A stretch of 63,781 nucleotides of DNA, filler included, from Octopus bimaculoides (Eukaryota), in NCBI RefSeq assembly GCF_001194135.2. It is 8 parts of 7 records of this genome, joined end to end, with 100 filler letters (N's around TTAATTAATTAA, not from the genome) between each part and the next. Parts side by side here need not be neighbours in the genome. Positions count along the whole stretch, not along the records: positions 62,499 to 63,781 come from NW_026335615.1; 7 more parts are not named here. One strand, 5' to 3'. The notes beneath the pieces are model-generated. The model worked only from the letters and a program-made list of their open reading frames with translations, was not told the DNA's origin and made no database searches. This document shows positions 63,230-63,781 of this stretch, in pieces (the stretch's first letter is position 1; each line of letters opens with the position of its first letter). A program made the position numbers and the translations under genes.

Positions 63230-63600
63230 TACATACATACATACTTACCTTCATACATATATGCATATATACATACACATGTAGTGATGCACATTAACAC
63301 ATGCATACATATGTTCATACATATATACAAACAGACACACATGCATACATAGTTACATTCATATATACATACATACATACATACATATGTACATACAGAT
63401 ATAGCAATATACATTAATACATGCATACACATGTTCATACACATANNNNNNNNNNCAAACAGACATATATGCATACATACTTACATTCATACAAGCATAC
63501 ATACATATATACAACCATACATACACATGTAGCAATATACATTAATACATGTGTACGTACTTTCAAACACTTATACATACAAACAGACATGCATGCATAC
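63230..63600 (+). repeat. About 110-bp-period tandem repeat built on (CATA)n
   Basis: Units containing gtagcaatatacattaatacatg and caaacagaca recur 3-4 times. Confidence 0.75.
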
Positions 63601-63781
63601 ATACAGTCATACATGCGTGCATACATATATACATAGGGGCATATATTAAAACATGTGTACATACATTCACATACGTATACACACATGCTTACAGAAATAC
63701 ATTCATGTATGCATACCTACAGACATGTATATATGTATTTCTTATTTCTTTATTGCCCACAAGGGGCTAAACATAGAGGGG

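Overview
Eukaryotic, AT-rich, repeat-dominated and heavily gapped genomic DNA. The tRNA-derived SINE families, RTE/R4/Penelope remnants and dense microsatellites are consistent with an octopod cephalopod; this is an inference, not a database result. Seven artificial 100-bp spacers (44 N + TTAATTAATTAA + 44 N) show that the window is stitched from about 8 separately assembled pieces. The only host gene I can support is a minus-strand fragment of three exons with matching splice phases (26882-27012, 24501-24585, 17845-17930), plus one tentative upstream exon (27432-27493). They splice into the C-terminal half of a mannose-6-phosphate-receptor-homology (MRH) domain followed by the start of a transmembrane helix, i.e. 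a CD-MPR/ATG27-like receptor. Two of the four canonical sugar-binding residues appear substituted. The rest is decayed mobile DNA: a Tx1 LINE, Gypsy, RTE, R4-like, Penelope-like, mariner/Tc1 and hAT remnants, many SINEs, MITE-like inverted repeats, hairpins, and mini- and microsatellites. No intact rRNA, tRNA or CRISPR array was found.
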